DNA of 64,000 nt from Candidatus Omnitrophota bacterium (GCA_043821445.1 JBDRCT010000037.1:49703-113702), one strand, 5' to 3'. Numbered from the stretch's first letter, positions 48,224 to 58,112 are shown. Program-made: numbers and translations. Notes: generated by a model from the letters alone, not told the origin.

Positions 48224-51200
48224 TCAGACCGTCTGGATCCAATCTGCTTTTCCTTGTTTCATTTCGAACCGCCATTTCCAGATGAAATAAATGACGGGAT
48301 ATACCAATAATTCCAGGATAAAAGAGGTCGTGAGCCCGCCGATCATCGGCGCCGCGATCCGTTTCATGGCGTCCGAACCCGCGCCCGCGGCCCACATGAT
48401 CGGTAAAAGGCCCATGAACGCGGCCATGACGGTCATCATCTTGGGCCGCACGCGCTTGACCGCGCCATGAATGATCGCTTCCTCAAGGTCTTGTTCCGTG
48501 CGCATTTTCTTTTTATCGACGGCCTCGTGATACGCAAGGTCGAGGAAAAGGAGCATGAAGACGCCCGTTTCGGCATCGAGACCCATGAGCGCGATCATGC
48601 CGACCCAGACCGCGATCGAAACATGATAGCCCAGGGCCCACAGGAGCCAGACGGCCCCGACCAGCGAAAAGGGAACGGCCAGAAGCACAATCCCGGTCTT
48701 TACCGCGGATCTTGTGTTCATGTAAAGCAAAAGGCAGATCAGAAAAAGCGTGAGCGGAAGAACAACTTTGAGCCGTTCTTTGACGCGGATCATGTTCTCG
48801 TACTGGCCGCTCCATACAAGCGCATACCCTTGCGGGAGCCTGAGCTCTTTCGCCACGATCTTTTTGGCTTCTTCGACGTAGCTGCCGATGTCGCGGCCGA
48901 TCATGTCCACGTACACGTAGCCCGCCAGGAGACCGTTCTCATTGCGGATCATCGCGGGGCCTGAAACTTTTTTGATGTTCGCGAGCTCCGCGATCGGGAT
49001 CTGCTGCCCCGCGGCCGTGGGAACGAGCACGCGCTTCAATTTTTCGATGTCGTTACGGAATTCCCGGGAATAACGGACATTCACGGGATACCGCTCGCGG
49101 CCTTCGATCGTGGTCGTAATGTTCTCCCCGCCGATGGCCGAATTGATGACCGCCTGGACATCCGCGACGGAAAGACCGTAGCGCGCCAGGGCTTCGCGCT
49201 TGATATCGAAATCGATGAAATAACCGCCGGCCACGCGTTCCGCATAAATGCTCCGGGTCCCCGGGACATCCTTCAGGATCATTTCGATATGCGTCCCGAT
49301 CTCCTCGATCTTTTGGATGTCCGCGCCGAGCACCTTGATCCCGATCGGCGTACGGACGCCGGTGGAAAGCATATCAATGCGGTTTTTGATCGGCATGGTC
49401 CATGCGTTCGTCGTGCCCGGGATCTTGAGGGCCTGGTCCATTTTTTGAACAAGTGCTTCGCGCGAGATATGCTCCGGCCAGATCCACTGAAGCGGCCCTT
49501 TGAACCATCCGGGGATCCATGAGGAATACCACCGTTCTTTCCGGGTCCATTCTTTTTCCGGTTTCAGGAGAATGACGGTCTCCATCATGGAAAAAGGCGC
49601 GGGGTCCGTGGAACTTTCCATGCGTCCCGATTTCCCGAAAACCCGTTCGACCTCCGGAAAGGACATCAGGATCTGATCCTGCTTTTGCAAAAGCTTCTGG
49701 GCCTCGGTCACCGAGATCCCCGGCAATGTCGTCGGCATATAAAGGAGGTTCTGTTCCCAAAGAGGCGGCATGAACTCGGAGCCTAATTTCAAATAAACGG
49801 GAATGGCGGTCAGGACGAGGAGAAGGGCCGTGACGAGCGTCGCCTTCCGGTATTTCAGAACGAAGCGGCAGGCCGGCTCATAGATCTTGAAAAGCACCTT
49901 GCTGACCGGATGTTTTTCCTCCGGATAATAGGTCCCGACCGCAAGGGCCGTCGCAGCTTTAGAAAGCCCCTCCTCGACCTTCTTCGGGAAGAACGGCAAT
50001 TTGAACTTGATCGGGTCCATCCGCGCGAAAAGCATCCGCATCGCAGGATCCAGGGTTACGGCCAGGATCGCCGCCGCGGCCATCGCGAGGGTTTTCGCCC
50101 ACGCGAGCGGCCGGAAGAGACGACCTTCCTGGTCCAGGAGCGTGAAGACCGGCAGGAACGACACCGCGATCACAAGGAGAGAAAAGAAAACCGCCGGTCC
50201 GACCTCTTTGAGGGCCTGGAGCCGGATCAAGTGAAAATCCCCTTTGCGCCCGCCCTCGATCCATTGCTCAAGGCGTTTATAGGCATTTTCCACCTCCACG
50301 ATCGCGCCGTCCACGAGCACGCCGATCGAAATGGCAATGCCGGAAAGCGACATGATGTTGGAAGTAAGATGCATTTGATGAAGGAAAATAAAGGAAAGCA
50401 GGACCGAGATCGGGATCGTCACGATCGGCACGATGGCGGACGGAAAATGCCAGAGGAAAAGGAGGATCACGAAGCTCACGATCAGCATTTCTTCAAAAAG
50501 CTGGTGCTTCAGCGTGTCCATAGCGTGAAGGATCAGTTCCGAGCGGTCGTAGGTCACCACCAGTTCCACGCCCGCGGGGAACGAGGACTTGAGCTCTTCA
50601 ATTCTTTTTTTGACGCGTTTGATCACATTAAGCGCGTTCTCGCCGGAGCGCATCACCACCGTCCCGGACACCACGTCCCCTTCCCCGTTCAGATCGGCCA
50701 GCCCGCGGCGCATGTCGGGACCGATCACCACACTGCCGAGATTTTTGATAAGGACAGGCGTTCCGTTGGGATCGACGCCCACCACGATATCCTCGAAATC
50801 TTTAACGGATTTCGCGTAACCGCGGCCGCGCACCATATATTCAACGCCGGAAAATTCCAGCACACGGCCGCCCGTTTCCTGGTTGCCGCTCCGGACCGCG
50901 TCCATGACCTTGGTGATCGGGATGTTGTAACTGAGAAGTTTGTTCGGATCGATCGTGACCTGGTACTGTTTGACGAACCCGCCGAGCGAGGCGACCTCCG
51001 CGACCCCCGGGACGCTTTGAAGATAATAACGCAAATACCAGTCCTGGAAACTCCGGAGTTCCTGAAGATCATGCTTGCCGGTCTTGTCCACAAGAGCATA
51101 TTGAAAGACCCAGCCCACGCCGGTAGCGTCCGGCCCGAGCTCGGTCTGGACGCCTTCCGGGAGCCGCGGGATGATCTTGCTCAGGTATTCCAGCGTCCGG

Positions 51201-51547
51201 CTCCGCGCCCAATAAAGGTCCGTCCCGTCCTTGAAGATCACGTAAACATAAGAAAACCCGAAGTCCGAGAACCCGCGCACCGCTTTGACGTTCGGAGCGC
51301 CGAGCATGGCCGTCACGATCGGATAGGTTACCTGGTCTTCGATGATGTCGGGGCTGCGGTCCCATTTGGAATAAATAATGACCTGCGTGTCGGAAAGATC
51401 GGGAATCGCATCGAGGGGGATATTCTTCAGGGACCAGACCGCCGTAGCGATCGCGACGGCCGTGAGAACGAAAATGAGAAGTTTGTTATGGGCCGAGAAC
51501 TCAATGACCTTTTCGATCCAGCCGCCCTGCCGTAATTTAGGGTCCAT
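48224..51547 (-). CDS. cusA: CusA/CzcA-family heavy-metal efflux RND transporter
   Basis: 1107-aa HME-RND protein (MDPKLRQGGWIEKVIEFSAHNKLLIFVL ...) with 12-TM architecture and a methionine-rich periplasmic domain. Confidence 0.92.
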   Translation of the reverse strand: MDPKLRQGGWIEKVIEFSAHNKLLIFVLTAVAIATAVWSLKNIPLDAIPDLSDTQVIIYSKWDRSPDIIEDQVTYPIVTAMLGAPNVKAVRGFSDFGFSYVYVIFKDGTDLYWARSRTLEYLSKIIPRLPEGVQTELGPDATGVGWVFQYALVDKTGKHDLQELRSFQDWYLRYYLQSVPGVAEVASLGGFVKQYQVTIDPNKLLSYNIPITKVMDAVRSGNQETGGRVLEFSGVEYMVRGRGYAKSVKDFEDIVVGVDPNGTPVLIKNLGSVVIGPDMRRGLADLNGEGDVVSGTVVMRSGENALNVIKRVKKRIEELKSSFPAGVELVVTYDRSELILHAMDTLKHQLFEEMLIVSFVILLFLWHFPSAIVPIVTIPISVLLSFIFLHQMHLTSNIMSLSGIAISIGVLVDGAIVEVENAYKRLEQWIEGGRKGDFHLIRLQALKEVGPAVFFSLLVIAVSFLPVFTLLDQEGRLFRPLAWAKTLAMAAAAILAVTLDPAMRMLFARMDPIKFKLPFFPKKVEEGLSKAATALAVGTYYPEEKHPVSKVLFKIYEPACRFVLKYRKATLVTALLLVLTAIPVYLKLGSEFMPPLWEQNLLYMPTTLPGISVTEAQKLLQKQDQILMSFPEVERVFGKSGRMESSTDPAPFSMMETVILLKPEKEWTRKERWYSSWIPGWFKGPLQWIWPEHISREALVQKMDQALKIPGTTNAWTMPIKNRIDMLSTGVRTPIGIKVLGADIQKIEEIGTHIEMILKDVPGTRSIYAERVAGGYFIDFDIKREALARYGLSVADVQAVINSAIGGENITTTIEGRERYPVNVRYSREFRNDIEKLKRVLVPTAAGQQIPIAELANIKKVSGPAMIRNENGLLAGYVYVDMIGRDIGSYVEEAKKIVAKELRLPQGYALVWSGQYENMIRVKERLKVVLPLTLFLICLLLYMNTRSAVKTGIVLLAVPFSLVGAVWLLWALGYHVSIAVWVGMIALMGLDAETGVFMLLFLDLAYHEAVDKKKMRTEQDLEEAIIHGAVKRVRPKMMTVMAAFMGLLPIMWAAGAGSDAMKRIAAPMIGGLTTSFILELLVYPVIYFIWKWRFEMKQGKADWIQTV

Positions 51548-51573
51548 AGTCCACCGTCCTCAGTCGACCAGTA

Positions 51574-52692
51574 TCATCCGCCATGGACGTGCTCTCCGCC
51601 TCCGGCACCTTCCAGAGCTGACCTGAGCCGGCTCTCCGAATCGATCAGGAAATTGCCGCTTGTCACGACTTGCTCGCCTTCCAGAAGCCCGCTCTTGATC
51701 TCGTAAAAACCGTCCGCTTTCGCGCCAAGGACCACTTCATGCGGATCGAAAATATTTTTCTCCCGGACCACGAAAACGATGTTCTTTTCTCCGGTCATGA
51801 ACACGGCCTCTTCCGGCACCGCGAGTTGTTCCCCAAGATCGGTCTTGAGCACCGCGTTCACATACATCTCGGGCTTCAATATGCCGTCCGGATTTTCAAG
51901 CTGCGCGCGGACACGGATGGAACGCGTCACCGGGTCCACCACGGAATCCAGGGCCCGCACAACCCCCCGGTACTTCTTGTCCGAGATCGCCGGCACATCG
52001 ACCTCCACCGCGTCCCCCATGTGCACAAACGGCGTTTCATACTCGTAGATGGGCGCGTAAAGCCAGACCTTACCGCCCGGATCGGAATAAAGAAGCGAAC
52101 GGTCCGGCTTCCCGGCCTCTTCGATCTCCTGAACGATCGCGTCATTTAAACCCAAAAGCCGCAGTTTGATCTTGGAGGAATCCACGAGCTTCGCGGCCTG
52201 CTCCCGGATCTCCGGGTCCGCGGTCTCAGCTTTCTTTAAAGCTTGAGCGGCCTGAAGGTATTCTTCCTCGGCTTGGTAAAGTTCGGGGTCATACGCGATC
52301 CGGCCGCTGGCCCGGATCGTTTTCGTCAACGCCATTTTCCGGACCGGCGCGGTCCTCACCCCGATCGCCTGTTGCTTTTCGGCGCCCAGTTGCAGGGACG
52401 TATAGCCCTGCGGGAATGCGTCCTTCACGATCACGCCGAGGTCTTCCCCGCAATGCGGGCATTTCCCAAGCCGGGCGAATTCCGGCGTCATGGCGATCAT
52501 GCAAGTTCCCATTTTGCATTTATGAAGCAGGCAGATCTCGCCCGGTTTCATGGCCACGAGCTGCGCGACCGTAAAAACCTTCGGTTGGTCCACAGTCGAC
52601 AGTCCATGGTCCATAGTTTTTTTGTCCGTGGTCTGCGGTCTGTGGTCTGATTCGTTTCGCGCTTCACAAGCGACATGTTGCAGATAGGACAA
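51574..52692 (-). CDS. cusB: CusB-like RND periplasmic adaptor (membrane fusion protein), main ORF
   Basis: MFP beta-barrel and lipoyl-like regions. Has an internal Cys/His metal site (CLLHKCKMGTCMIAM ... CPHCGEDL). Lacks an N-terminal signal or anchor in this frame. Confidence 0.8.
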   Translation of the reverse strand: MSYLQHVACEARNESDHRPQTTDKKTMDHGLSTVDQPKVFTVAQLVAMKPGEICLLHKCKMGTCMIAMTPEFARLGKCPHCGEDLGVIVKDAFPQGYTSLQLGAEKQQAIGVRTAPVRKMALTKTIRASGRIAYDPELYQAEEEYLQAAQALKKAETADPEIREQAAKLVDSSKIKLRLLGLNDAIVQEIEEAGKPDRSLLYSDPGGKVWLYAPIYEYETPFVHMGDAVEVDVPAISDKKYRGVVRALDSVVDPVTRSIRVRAQLENPDGILKPEMYVNAVLKTDLGEQLAVPEEAVFMTGEKNIVFVVREKNIFDPHEVVLGAKADGFYEIKSGLLEGEQVVTSGNFLIDSESRLRSALEGAGGGEHVHGG

Positions 52693-52868
52693 GTCCCCGG
52701 CCGGTCGGAGGTGTAATTCGGATGCATGGGACAGTAATAAACCGATTTTTCGGCATGTTTTGCCGTGTGAGTTGAAAGATGCCCCAAGGACCGGAACGCC
52801 ATGGCGCCCGCTACGATCACGATCGTTAAAAGAATTCCGAGGGATAAAAAACGATTCCTTTGGATCAT
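52548..52868 (-). CDS. Membrane-anchored heavy-metal-binding domain (HMBD) segment, probably the authentic N-terminus of cusB in another frame
   Basis: Signal-anchor LSLGILLTIVIVAGAMAF then YYCPMHP ... GTCPICNMSL (CusB-type HMBD). Overlaps the cusB ORF by 145 bp across a cagaccacagaccgcagaccac short tandem repeat. Confidence 0.55.
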   Translation of the reverse strand: MIQRNRFLSLGILLTIVIVAGAMAFRSLGHLSTHTAKHAEKSVYYCPMHPNYTSDRPGTCPICNMSLVKRETNQTTDRRPRTKKLWTMDCRLWTNRRFLRSRSSWP

Positions 52869-54169
52869 GGCTGTAACTCCGCTTTTTGATTATTCAGATC
52901 AAGACCGGTCGCCCAGGACAGGTCGGCATAAGATTTGAGCGCTTCGGCGTGAAATTGGACCTCCGAAAGTTTGGCGTTCAGGAAAACGCGTTCACTGTCC
53001 AGAAAATCAAGAAACTCCGTCTTCCCCGATTCATAGCCGGCCTGATCCGCAGAAAGCGCGAGTTTCGCTTGCGGAACGATCGCCGCTTCATAAAGGTCTG
53101 CGATCTTCGAGGCCGTTTCGAAACGGTAATAAGCGTCCTTCACTTCAAAAAAGGTCTGGTTCTTCACCGCGATCAATTTCGCCGCTTGGGCTTCTTCAAG
53201 CTTCTTGGCTTCCTGGATCTCCGGGATGATGCGGTTCTGCCAGACCGGAAGGTTCACCGCCAGCGGGAACATCCAGGTATTTTTCCCGTCCATGGGACTT
53301 GTCGTACTGCCGGAACCCACCCGCGTGTATTGAAAACCGACGTTCACATCCGGGAAATAAGCCAACTGCGCCAACCGTTTCGCATAGTGAGTTTTTGAGG
53401 CCATCGCCTCCGATCCCTTGATCTCCTGCCGGTTCTGAACGGCCAGATTGATCAATTCGACAAGCGACCGGTCCAGGGCGGGCTTGGAAGGAAGCGTTGC
53501 TTTCCCGATCACGGTCATGGGGTCCTGGTCCAGAAGCGCGTTCATCTGCGCGGTCACGCTCTCGCGTTGCTGCTGAAGCGTGTAAAGCTTTTCGAGATTT
53601 AACGAAAATTCCGTTTGCGCCTTGGCGACATCGCGCTGAGCGCCCGAGAGATTGGAATAACGCGCCTGGGCCACTCCTTCGATCTTTTTCAGGAGTGCTT
53701 TGACCTCCGCGAGCGTGTCCAGCGAAGCATCAATGTAGTAAAGCTGGTAATAAAGCTGCGTGAGTTTGTTGGTAATGTCCCGTTCGAGCGCCTGAAAACG
53801 GGCCCGGGAAGCTTCCGCTTCTGCTTTCGCGACCTTTCTTTTTTCCCAGAGCTTCCCCGGAAAAAGCACCTCTTGGGAGATCATGAACCGGTTCTTCTGA
53901 GGACCGGTCCGTGTCTCGACCATGGAACCCATAATGTCATAGCCCCCCACGGGGTCCGGGAGCGCCCAGGAAGCCATGATGGCTTTCTTGGAGGCAAGCC
54001 ATTCGGCCTTGGCGGCGGCGATCTCGGGATTTTTTTCAAGAGCTTGCAGGATCAGGTCTTGAAGGCGCAAGGTTTGACCCGCCTGGAACATTTCTTCTGC
54101 GAGGGCGAGGCGCGTAACTGAAAGAAAGGGAAGGGTTAAGATCAGGATCGCTACGAACATTTTTTTCAT
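52865..54169 (-). CDS. cusC: TolC/CusC-family outer membrane efflux protein
   Basis: Signal peptide and OEP-family repeats. Its stop overlaps the start of the HMBD ORF. Confidence 0.85.
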   Translation of the reverse strand: MKKMFVAILILTLPFLSVTRLALAEEMFQAGQTLRLQDLILQALEKNPEIAAAKAEWLASKKAIMASWALPDPVGGYDIMGSMVETRTGPQKNRFMISQEVLFPGKLWEKRKVAKAEAEASRARFQALERDITNKLTQLYYQLYYIDASLDTLAEVKALLKKIEGVAQARYSNLSGAQRDVAKAQTEFSLNLEKLYTLQQQRESVTAQMNALLDQDPMTVIGKATLPSKPALDRSLVELINLAVQNRQEIKGSEAMASKTHYAKRLAQLAYFPDVNVGFQYTRVGSGSTTSPMDGKNTWMFPLAVNLPVWQNRIIPEIQEAKKLEEAQAAKLIAVKNQTFFEVKDAYYRFETASKIADLYEAAIVPQAKLALSADQAGYESGKTEFLDFLDSERVFLNAKLSEVQFHAEALKSYADLSWATGLDLNNQKAELQP

Positions 54170-54223
54170 CGCGTGGCCCTCTTTTGAGGTTTCATTTTAC
54201 CCCTCCCGTCTTTGATTAAAAAT

Positions 54224-54504
54224 TCATTTTTTAATGCGCTCGAGCAGCTTGTAGATCTCCTGGATCTTCCGGCTTTTTTCCGCTAAAGACTTTCCGGTAA
54301 AAGCGGTCTTCACGCAGGCGTTCAAATGATCTTTGAGGATCTTCGATTCCACGTTCCGCAGGGCCCCGATCGCCGCGCCCACGGCATAAAGGATATCCAC
54401 GCAGTAGCGCCGGTCCTCGATCATCTTGTGGATGCCGCGGACCTGGCCCTCGATCCTCCGGAGTGATACCAGTTTGTCCTGATGGTCCATGCCCTTTTTC
54501 ATAC
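54224..54504 (-). CDS. csoR: CsoR/RcnR-family metal-sensing transcriptional repressor
   Basis: DUF156 helical-bundle signature (RRIEGQVRGI ... YCVDILYAVGAAIGAL ... DHLNAC). Likely start at MKKGMDHQ; the ORF extends in frame to 54538. Confidence 0.8.
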
Positions 54505-54514
54505 CCCAAGCATA

Positions 54515-54534
54515 GCATACCCCATGGGGGTATG
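54515..54534. promoter_or_regulatory. Putative CsoR operator: GC-rich palindrome gcATACCCCATGGGGGTATg
   Basis: Near-perfect 17-bp palindrome ATACCCC-ATG-GGGGTAT directly upstream of the csoR start. Known CsoR operators are ATACCC ... GGGTAT-type pseudo-palindromes. A half-site-like cataccccaag lies at 54500-54510. Confidence 0.55.
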
Positions 54535-54544
54535 TCAATGCCCG

Positions 54545-54690
54545 CGCGACGGGTAACGCTCAACGGAAAAGCGACAAAAAGACGCCCCGCAAGCTCCGTT
54601 GACTCGTTCAAACAGCTCCGATAGAATGCCCCGCATTAAGAATGCCCTTCATTCACTGAACGTTGTGCGTTGCGCTTTGCGCGTTGAGCG
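54545..54690. repeat. MITE-like element, family 3, long copy
   Basis: gggtaacgctcaacgg ... gaacgttgtgcgttgcgctttgcgcgttgagcg between csoR and tsaB. Termini match the copies at 45989 and 46721. Confidence 0.7.
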
Positions 54691-54696
54691 GATCTT

Positions 54697-55374
54697 ATGA
54701 ACCTTCTAGCCATAGAGACCTCCGGCCCGGTCCTGAGCGTTGCGGTCCAAAAAAGCGGCGCCGGGCTCCGCCACGCCGTGGTCCGGGGCTATATGAAGCA
54801 CGCCGAAAACCTCCTCCCCGTGATCGACCGGCTTCTCAAAAAGGAACGCCTGAAGATCGGGGACATCGATGCCTTCCTGATCGGCCGCGGACCCGGGTCC
54901 TTCACGGGATTGCGTGTTGGTTTCGCCACGCTCAAGGGACTGATCGCGACCCGTCCCAAACCCTGTTACGGCGCTTTTTCCCTCGATCTGATCGCGGCCG
55001 GCATAAAACCCGGAAAACACACAAATCTCACGGTATGTTTGGACGCAAGACGTGGTAAACTTTACATTCGTTCGTACCGTTATTATTATAAGGAAGGATG
55101 GAGCCCGCAAGGGCCGTCCCGCGTCCTCCCCATCAACAAAATAGTTACTCAACTTCCCGCGGGAAGTTGGATCGCGGGCGACGGGGTCAAAAAATTCGAG
55201 GCAAGGGGATCTCGGATCGCGCCGGAAAAGAGCTGGCACCCGAAGGCCTCCGCCTTGATCGCGTTATTCGAGACGAAGAGTCCGCTTCTTAAGAGGCTCC
55301 TCGCCCCCAAAGAATTTTTACCTGTTTACTTGCGAAGTTCCGAGGCGGAAGAAAGACTGAAGGATAAAAAATGA
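54697..55374 (+). CDS. tsaB: tRNA threonylcarbamoyladenosine biosynthesis protein TsaB
   Basis: MNLLAIETSGPVLSVAV ... FLIGRGPGSFTGLRVG (inactive Kae1/YeaZ paralogue signature). Confidence 0.85.
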   Translation: MNLLAIETSGPVLSVAVQKSGAGLRHAVVRGYMKHAENLLPVIDRLLKKERLKIGDIDAFLIGRGPGSFTGLRVGFATLKGLIATRPKPCYGAFSLDLIAAGIKPGKHTNLTVCLDARRGKLYIRSYRYYYKEGWSPQGPSRVLPINKIVTQLPAGSWIAGDGVKKFEARGSRIAPEKSWHPKASALIALFETKSPLLKRLLAPKEFLPVYLRSSEAEERLKDKK

Positions 55375-55375
55375 C

Positions 55376-55516
55376 GATTTTTTGTCATTGCGGACCGTGC
55401 GTCCGCCGAAGGCGGATCCGCCTCTGGCGGAAAGCAATCTCGTTTTAAACACAGATTGCCACGCCCCTGCTGTTTTCTTGCGAAAGCAAGAGGCAGGTCC
55501 TCGCAATGACGTCATA
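55376..55516. repeat. MITE/REP-like palindromic element, family 1, long copy
   Basis: tgtcattgcggacc ... gaaagcaatctcgttttaaacacagattgccacgcc ... cctcgcaatgacgtcat between tsaB and alr. Confidence 0.75.
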
Positions 55517-55530
55517 GGAAAATTATTAAC

Positions 55531-56664
55531 ATGACCGAACTCACTAAAGAAAAATCGAAGGTCCAGCATAGTTCGTGGATCGAGATCCGCGCAGACCGTC
55601 TTCTCAGGAACCTCGAAACCCTTCGGAACGGATCGGGGCAGACGGATGTTTTAGCGGTGATCAAAGCGAACGCCTACGGCCACGGCCTCCGGGAGACCGC
55701 AGGCATTCTTGCCGGAAAAGTCACCTACTTCGGCGTCGCCACTCTTAAGGAGGCCCTGGAACTTAAAGAGAACCATCCTCAGACCCCGGTCTTCCTTTTC
55801 GGGCATTTGCTCTCGCCTGAGCTCCCGGCGGCGCTCTTGGGCGGCATCACTTTGAGCGTTTCGAACCTCGAAAAAGCGCGGGAGATCTCGGACCTGTCGG
55901 AGGGCCTGGACCGTAAGACCTCCGTCCATGTGAAGATCGACACGGGCATGGGCCGCATGGGGATCCCGGTCCGCGAAGCCGCGGCTTCCATCGAGGAAAT
56001 GGCAAAGCTCAAAGGGCTCATGCTGGACGGTATTTACATGCATTTTCCCACCGCCGAAAAGGATGATGCGTTTCGCGAGAAACAGGTGCGAAAATTCGGG
56101 ATCCTGCTCCAGGAGCTCGAAGAAAAGAATATTGTATTCCGGTTCCGTCATGCCACCAATAGCGCCGCGACGCTGACCCTGAAAACCCTGTTCTTTAATA
56201 TGATCCGCCCGGGTCTCGCGCTCTACGGCGCTTATCCGGACCCGGAGTTGAAAAGCGTCGCTCACTTCGAGCCGGTCCTTTCACTCAAAAGCCGTATGGT
56301 CCTTATCAAAAAAGTCCGTGCGGGAGAATCGGTCGGATACGGCCGGGAATTTATCGCCCGGCGCGATACCACGATCGCGGTGCTTCCTTTCGGATACAGC
56401 CATGGCTACCCCTACACGGCATGGAAAAATGCCTCCGTACTTTTCCAAGGCAGGCGCTATCCCCTTGCGGGCAAGGTTTCCATGGATTATATCGCCGTGG
56501 ATCTCGGAAACACCAATGCCAAGGAAGGCGATACGGTCACACTGATCGGAGAGGAACAAACGGAGCGCATCACGGCCGAAGATATCGCGGGCTGGGCCGG
56601 AACGATCCCCTATGAGATCCTGACGCGCCTGAATCCCAATTTACCGAGAATTGTTATCCCGTAA
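55531..56664 (+). CDS. alr: Alanine racemase
   Basis: VLAVIKANAYGHGL PLP-lysine motif; two-domain Alr length (377 aa). Confidence 0.9.
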   Translation: MTELTKEKSKVQHSSWIEIRADRLLRNLETLRNGSGQTDVLAVIKANAYGHGLRETAGILAGKVTYFGVATLKEALELKENHPQTPVFLFGHLLSPELPAALLGGITLSVSNLEKAREISDLSEGLDRKTSVHVKIDTGMGRMGIPVREAAASIEEMAKLKGLMLDGIYMHFPTAEKDDAFREKQVRKFGILLQELEEKNIVFRFRHATNSAATLTLKTLFFNMIRPGLALYGAYPDPELKSVAHFEPVLSLKSRMVLIKKVRAGESVGYGREFIARRDTTIAVLPFGYSHGYPYTAWKNASVLFQGRRYPLAGKVSMDYIAVDLGNTNAKEGDTVTLIGEEQTERITAEDIAGWAGTIPYEILTRLNPNLPRIVIP

Positions 56665-56706
56665 ACATTCCAACAACGCCCCGGAACCGGGACTCAACCG
56701 TCGCCT

Positions 56707-57249
56707 ATGATCCAATTCACGATACGCCGCATCGCCGAAGTTTCGTCGACCAATACCGTGGCCTTGGATGCGGCAAAACAAGGCTCCCCGGAAGGACTTG
56801 TGATCGTTGCCGACCACCAAACCGCGGGACGCGGCAAGCCCGGACGGCAGTGGCTTTCTCCCCCGGGAAAGAACCTCCTTTGTTCGGTCCTTCTCAGACC
56901 GACGCTCAGTCCGGCGCAGGCCCCGATGCTCACCCAGATCGCCTGCCGGGCGGTTGCCAAGGTCCTGAAAGAGAAGTATGATATCGCCTCGGAATTCAAG
57001 CGGCCCAACGATGTCATGGTGGGTTCACAGAAGATCTGCGGTACTTTAGTGGAAACTTTTTCCTCCTCTTCGAAGCTGGAGGCTGCCGTCATCGGCATTG
57101 GGTTGAATGTGAACGCGGAAGCCTCGGAGCTTCCCCCCGAGGGGATCTCCATGAGGATCTTGAAGAATGTCGAGTATTCGATCGATGAGGTCCTTGGGCA
57201 TCTTCTTTGTGAATTGGGACATAAGTGTAGTGAATTATATAAAAAATAG
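56707..57249 (+). CDS. birA: Biotin--protein ligase catalytic domain (short BirA, no HTH)
   Basis: ADHQTAGRGKPGRQWLSPPG (GRGRRGR-type motif). 180 aa, immediately followed by coaX (Baf-type arrangement). Confidence 0.75.
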   Translation: MIQFTIRRIAEVSSTNTVALDAAKQGSPEGLVIVADHQTAGRGKPGRQWLSPPGKNLLCSVLLRPTLSPAQAPMLTQIACRAVAKVLKEKYDIASEFKRPNDVMVGSQKICGTLVETFSSSSKLEAAVIGIGLNVNAEASELPPEGISMRILKNVEYSIDEVLGHLLCELGHKCSELYKK

Positions 57250-57350
57250 GCTATATAACGATCATCACCCTATAATGAACGATTTTTTAGCCTTAAGTGG
57301 TAAATTGAGCATCACTTTTATCATCAAAAGATCGAAGGATTCACGAAAGG

Positions 57351-58112
57351 TTGAGAGGCATGATCAAGCGAATATTGGCTATTGACGTCGGGAATACAGC
57401 CGCTACGGTTGGATTCTATCAAGGCGGCCGCTTGATGTATTTTGGATCTATGAAATATAGCGATATCCCAAAATTTGCCATAAAACTTACTCGAAGTGGT
57501 AAAAATTGTCATCTAGACATCATTATTAGCTCTGTTTTCCCAAAAATAACTCGTTTTTTGAGATGCAGATTACAAAGAATTAAAGGTGTGCTAATTCGCA
57601 CAGTTGGCGGAAATTTAGCTATAAAAATAAGGCATAACTATATTAATTACAATAGCTTAGGTGTAGACAGAAAGGTCAATATCTATGGCGCTGTACAGAT
57701 GTATCGCCTTCCCTTACTTGTGATCGACTATGGAACTGCCATCACTTTCGACTATATTGATCCAAAAGGCGTCTTCCGCGGAGGCATGATCATTCCTGGG
57801 CCTGAGACGTCCTATAGAGCTCTGGGTCAGAAGGCCGCCCTGCTCCCCAAGGGACTCTCCCTCCCTAAAAAGGCCCGCTCTTTCCTCGGAAGGAGCGCCC
57901 GTGAATGCATGGAATCGGGGATCCTCGAGGGCTACGGCGCCATGACCGATGAGTTGATCCTGAGGTTCCGGCAGCGATATGGGAAGAACCTCAGGATCCT
58001 GGCCACGGGCGGCTTTGCCGGGTTGATTTCCCCCTACGCCAAGCGCATTGACATCGTCGACCCCAAGCATTCCATTAAGTCCCTCCTTGCTCTTTGGAGA
58101 AATGAAAAATAG
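57351..58112 (+). CDS. coaX: Type III pantothenate kinase
   Basis: ILAIDVGNTAATVGFY N-terminal ASKHA motif; ~250 aa. Confidence 0.85.
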   Translation: MRGMIKRILAIDVGNTAATVGFYQGGRLMYFGSMKYSDIPKFAIKLTRSGKNCHLDIIISSVFPKITRFLRCRLQRIKGVLIRTVGGNLAIKIRHNYINYNSLGVDRKVNIYGAVQMYRLPLLVIDYGTAITFDYIDPKGVFRGGMIIPGPETSYRALGQKAALLPKGLSLPKKARSFLGRSARECMESGILEGYGAMTDELILRFRQRYGKNLRILATGGFAGLISPYAKRIDIVDPKHSIKSLLALWRNEK

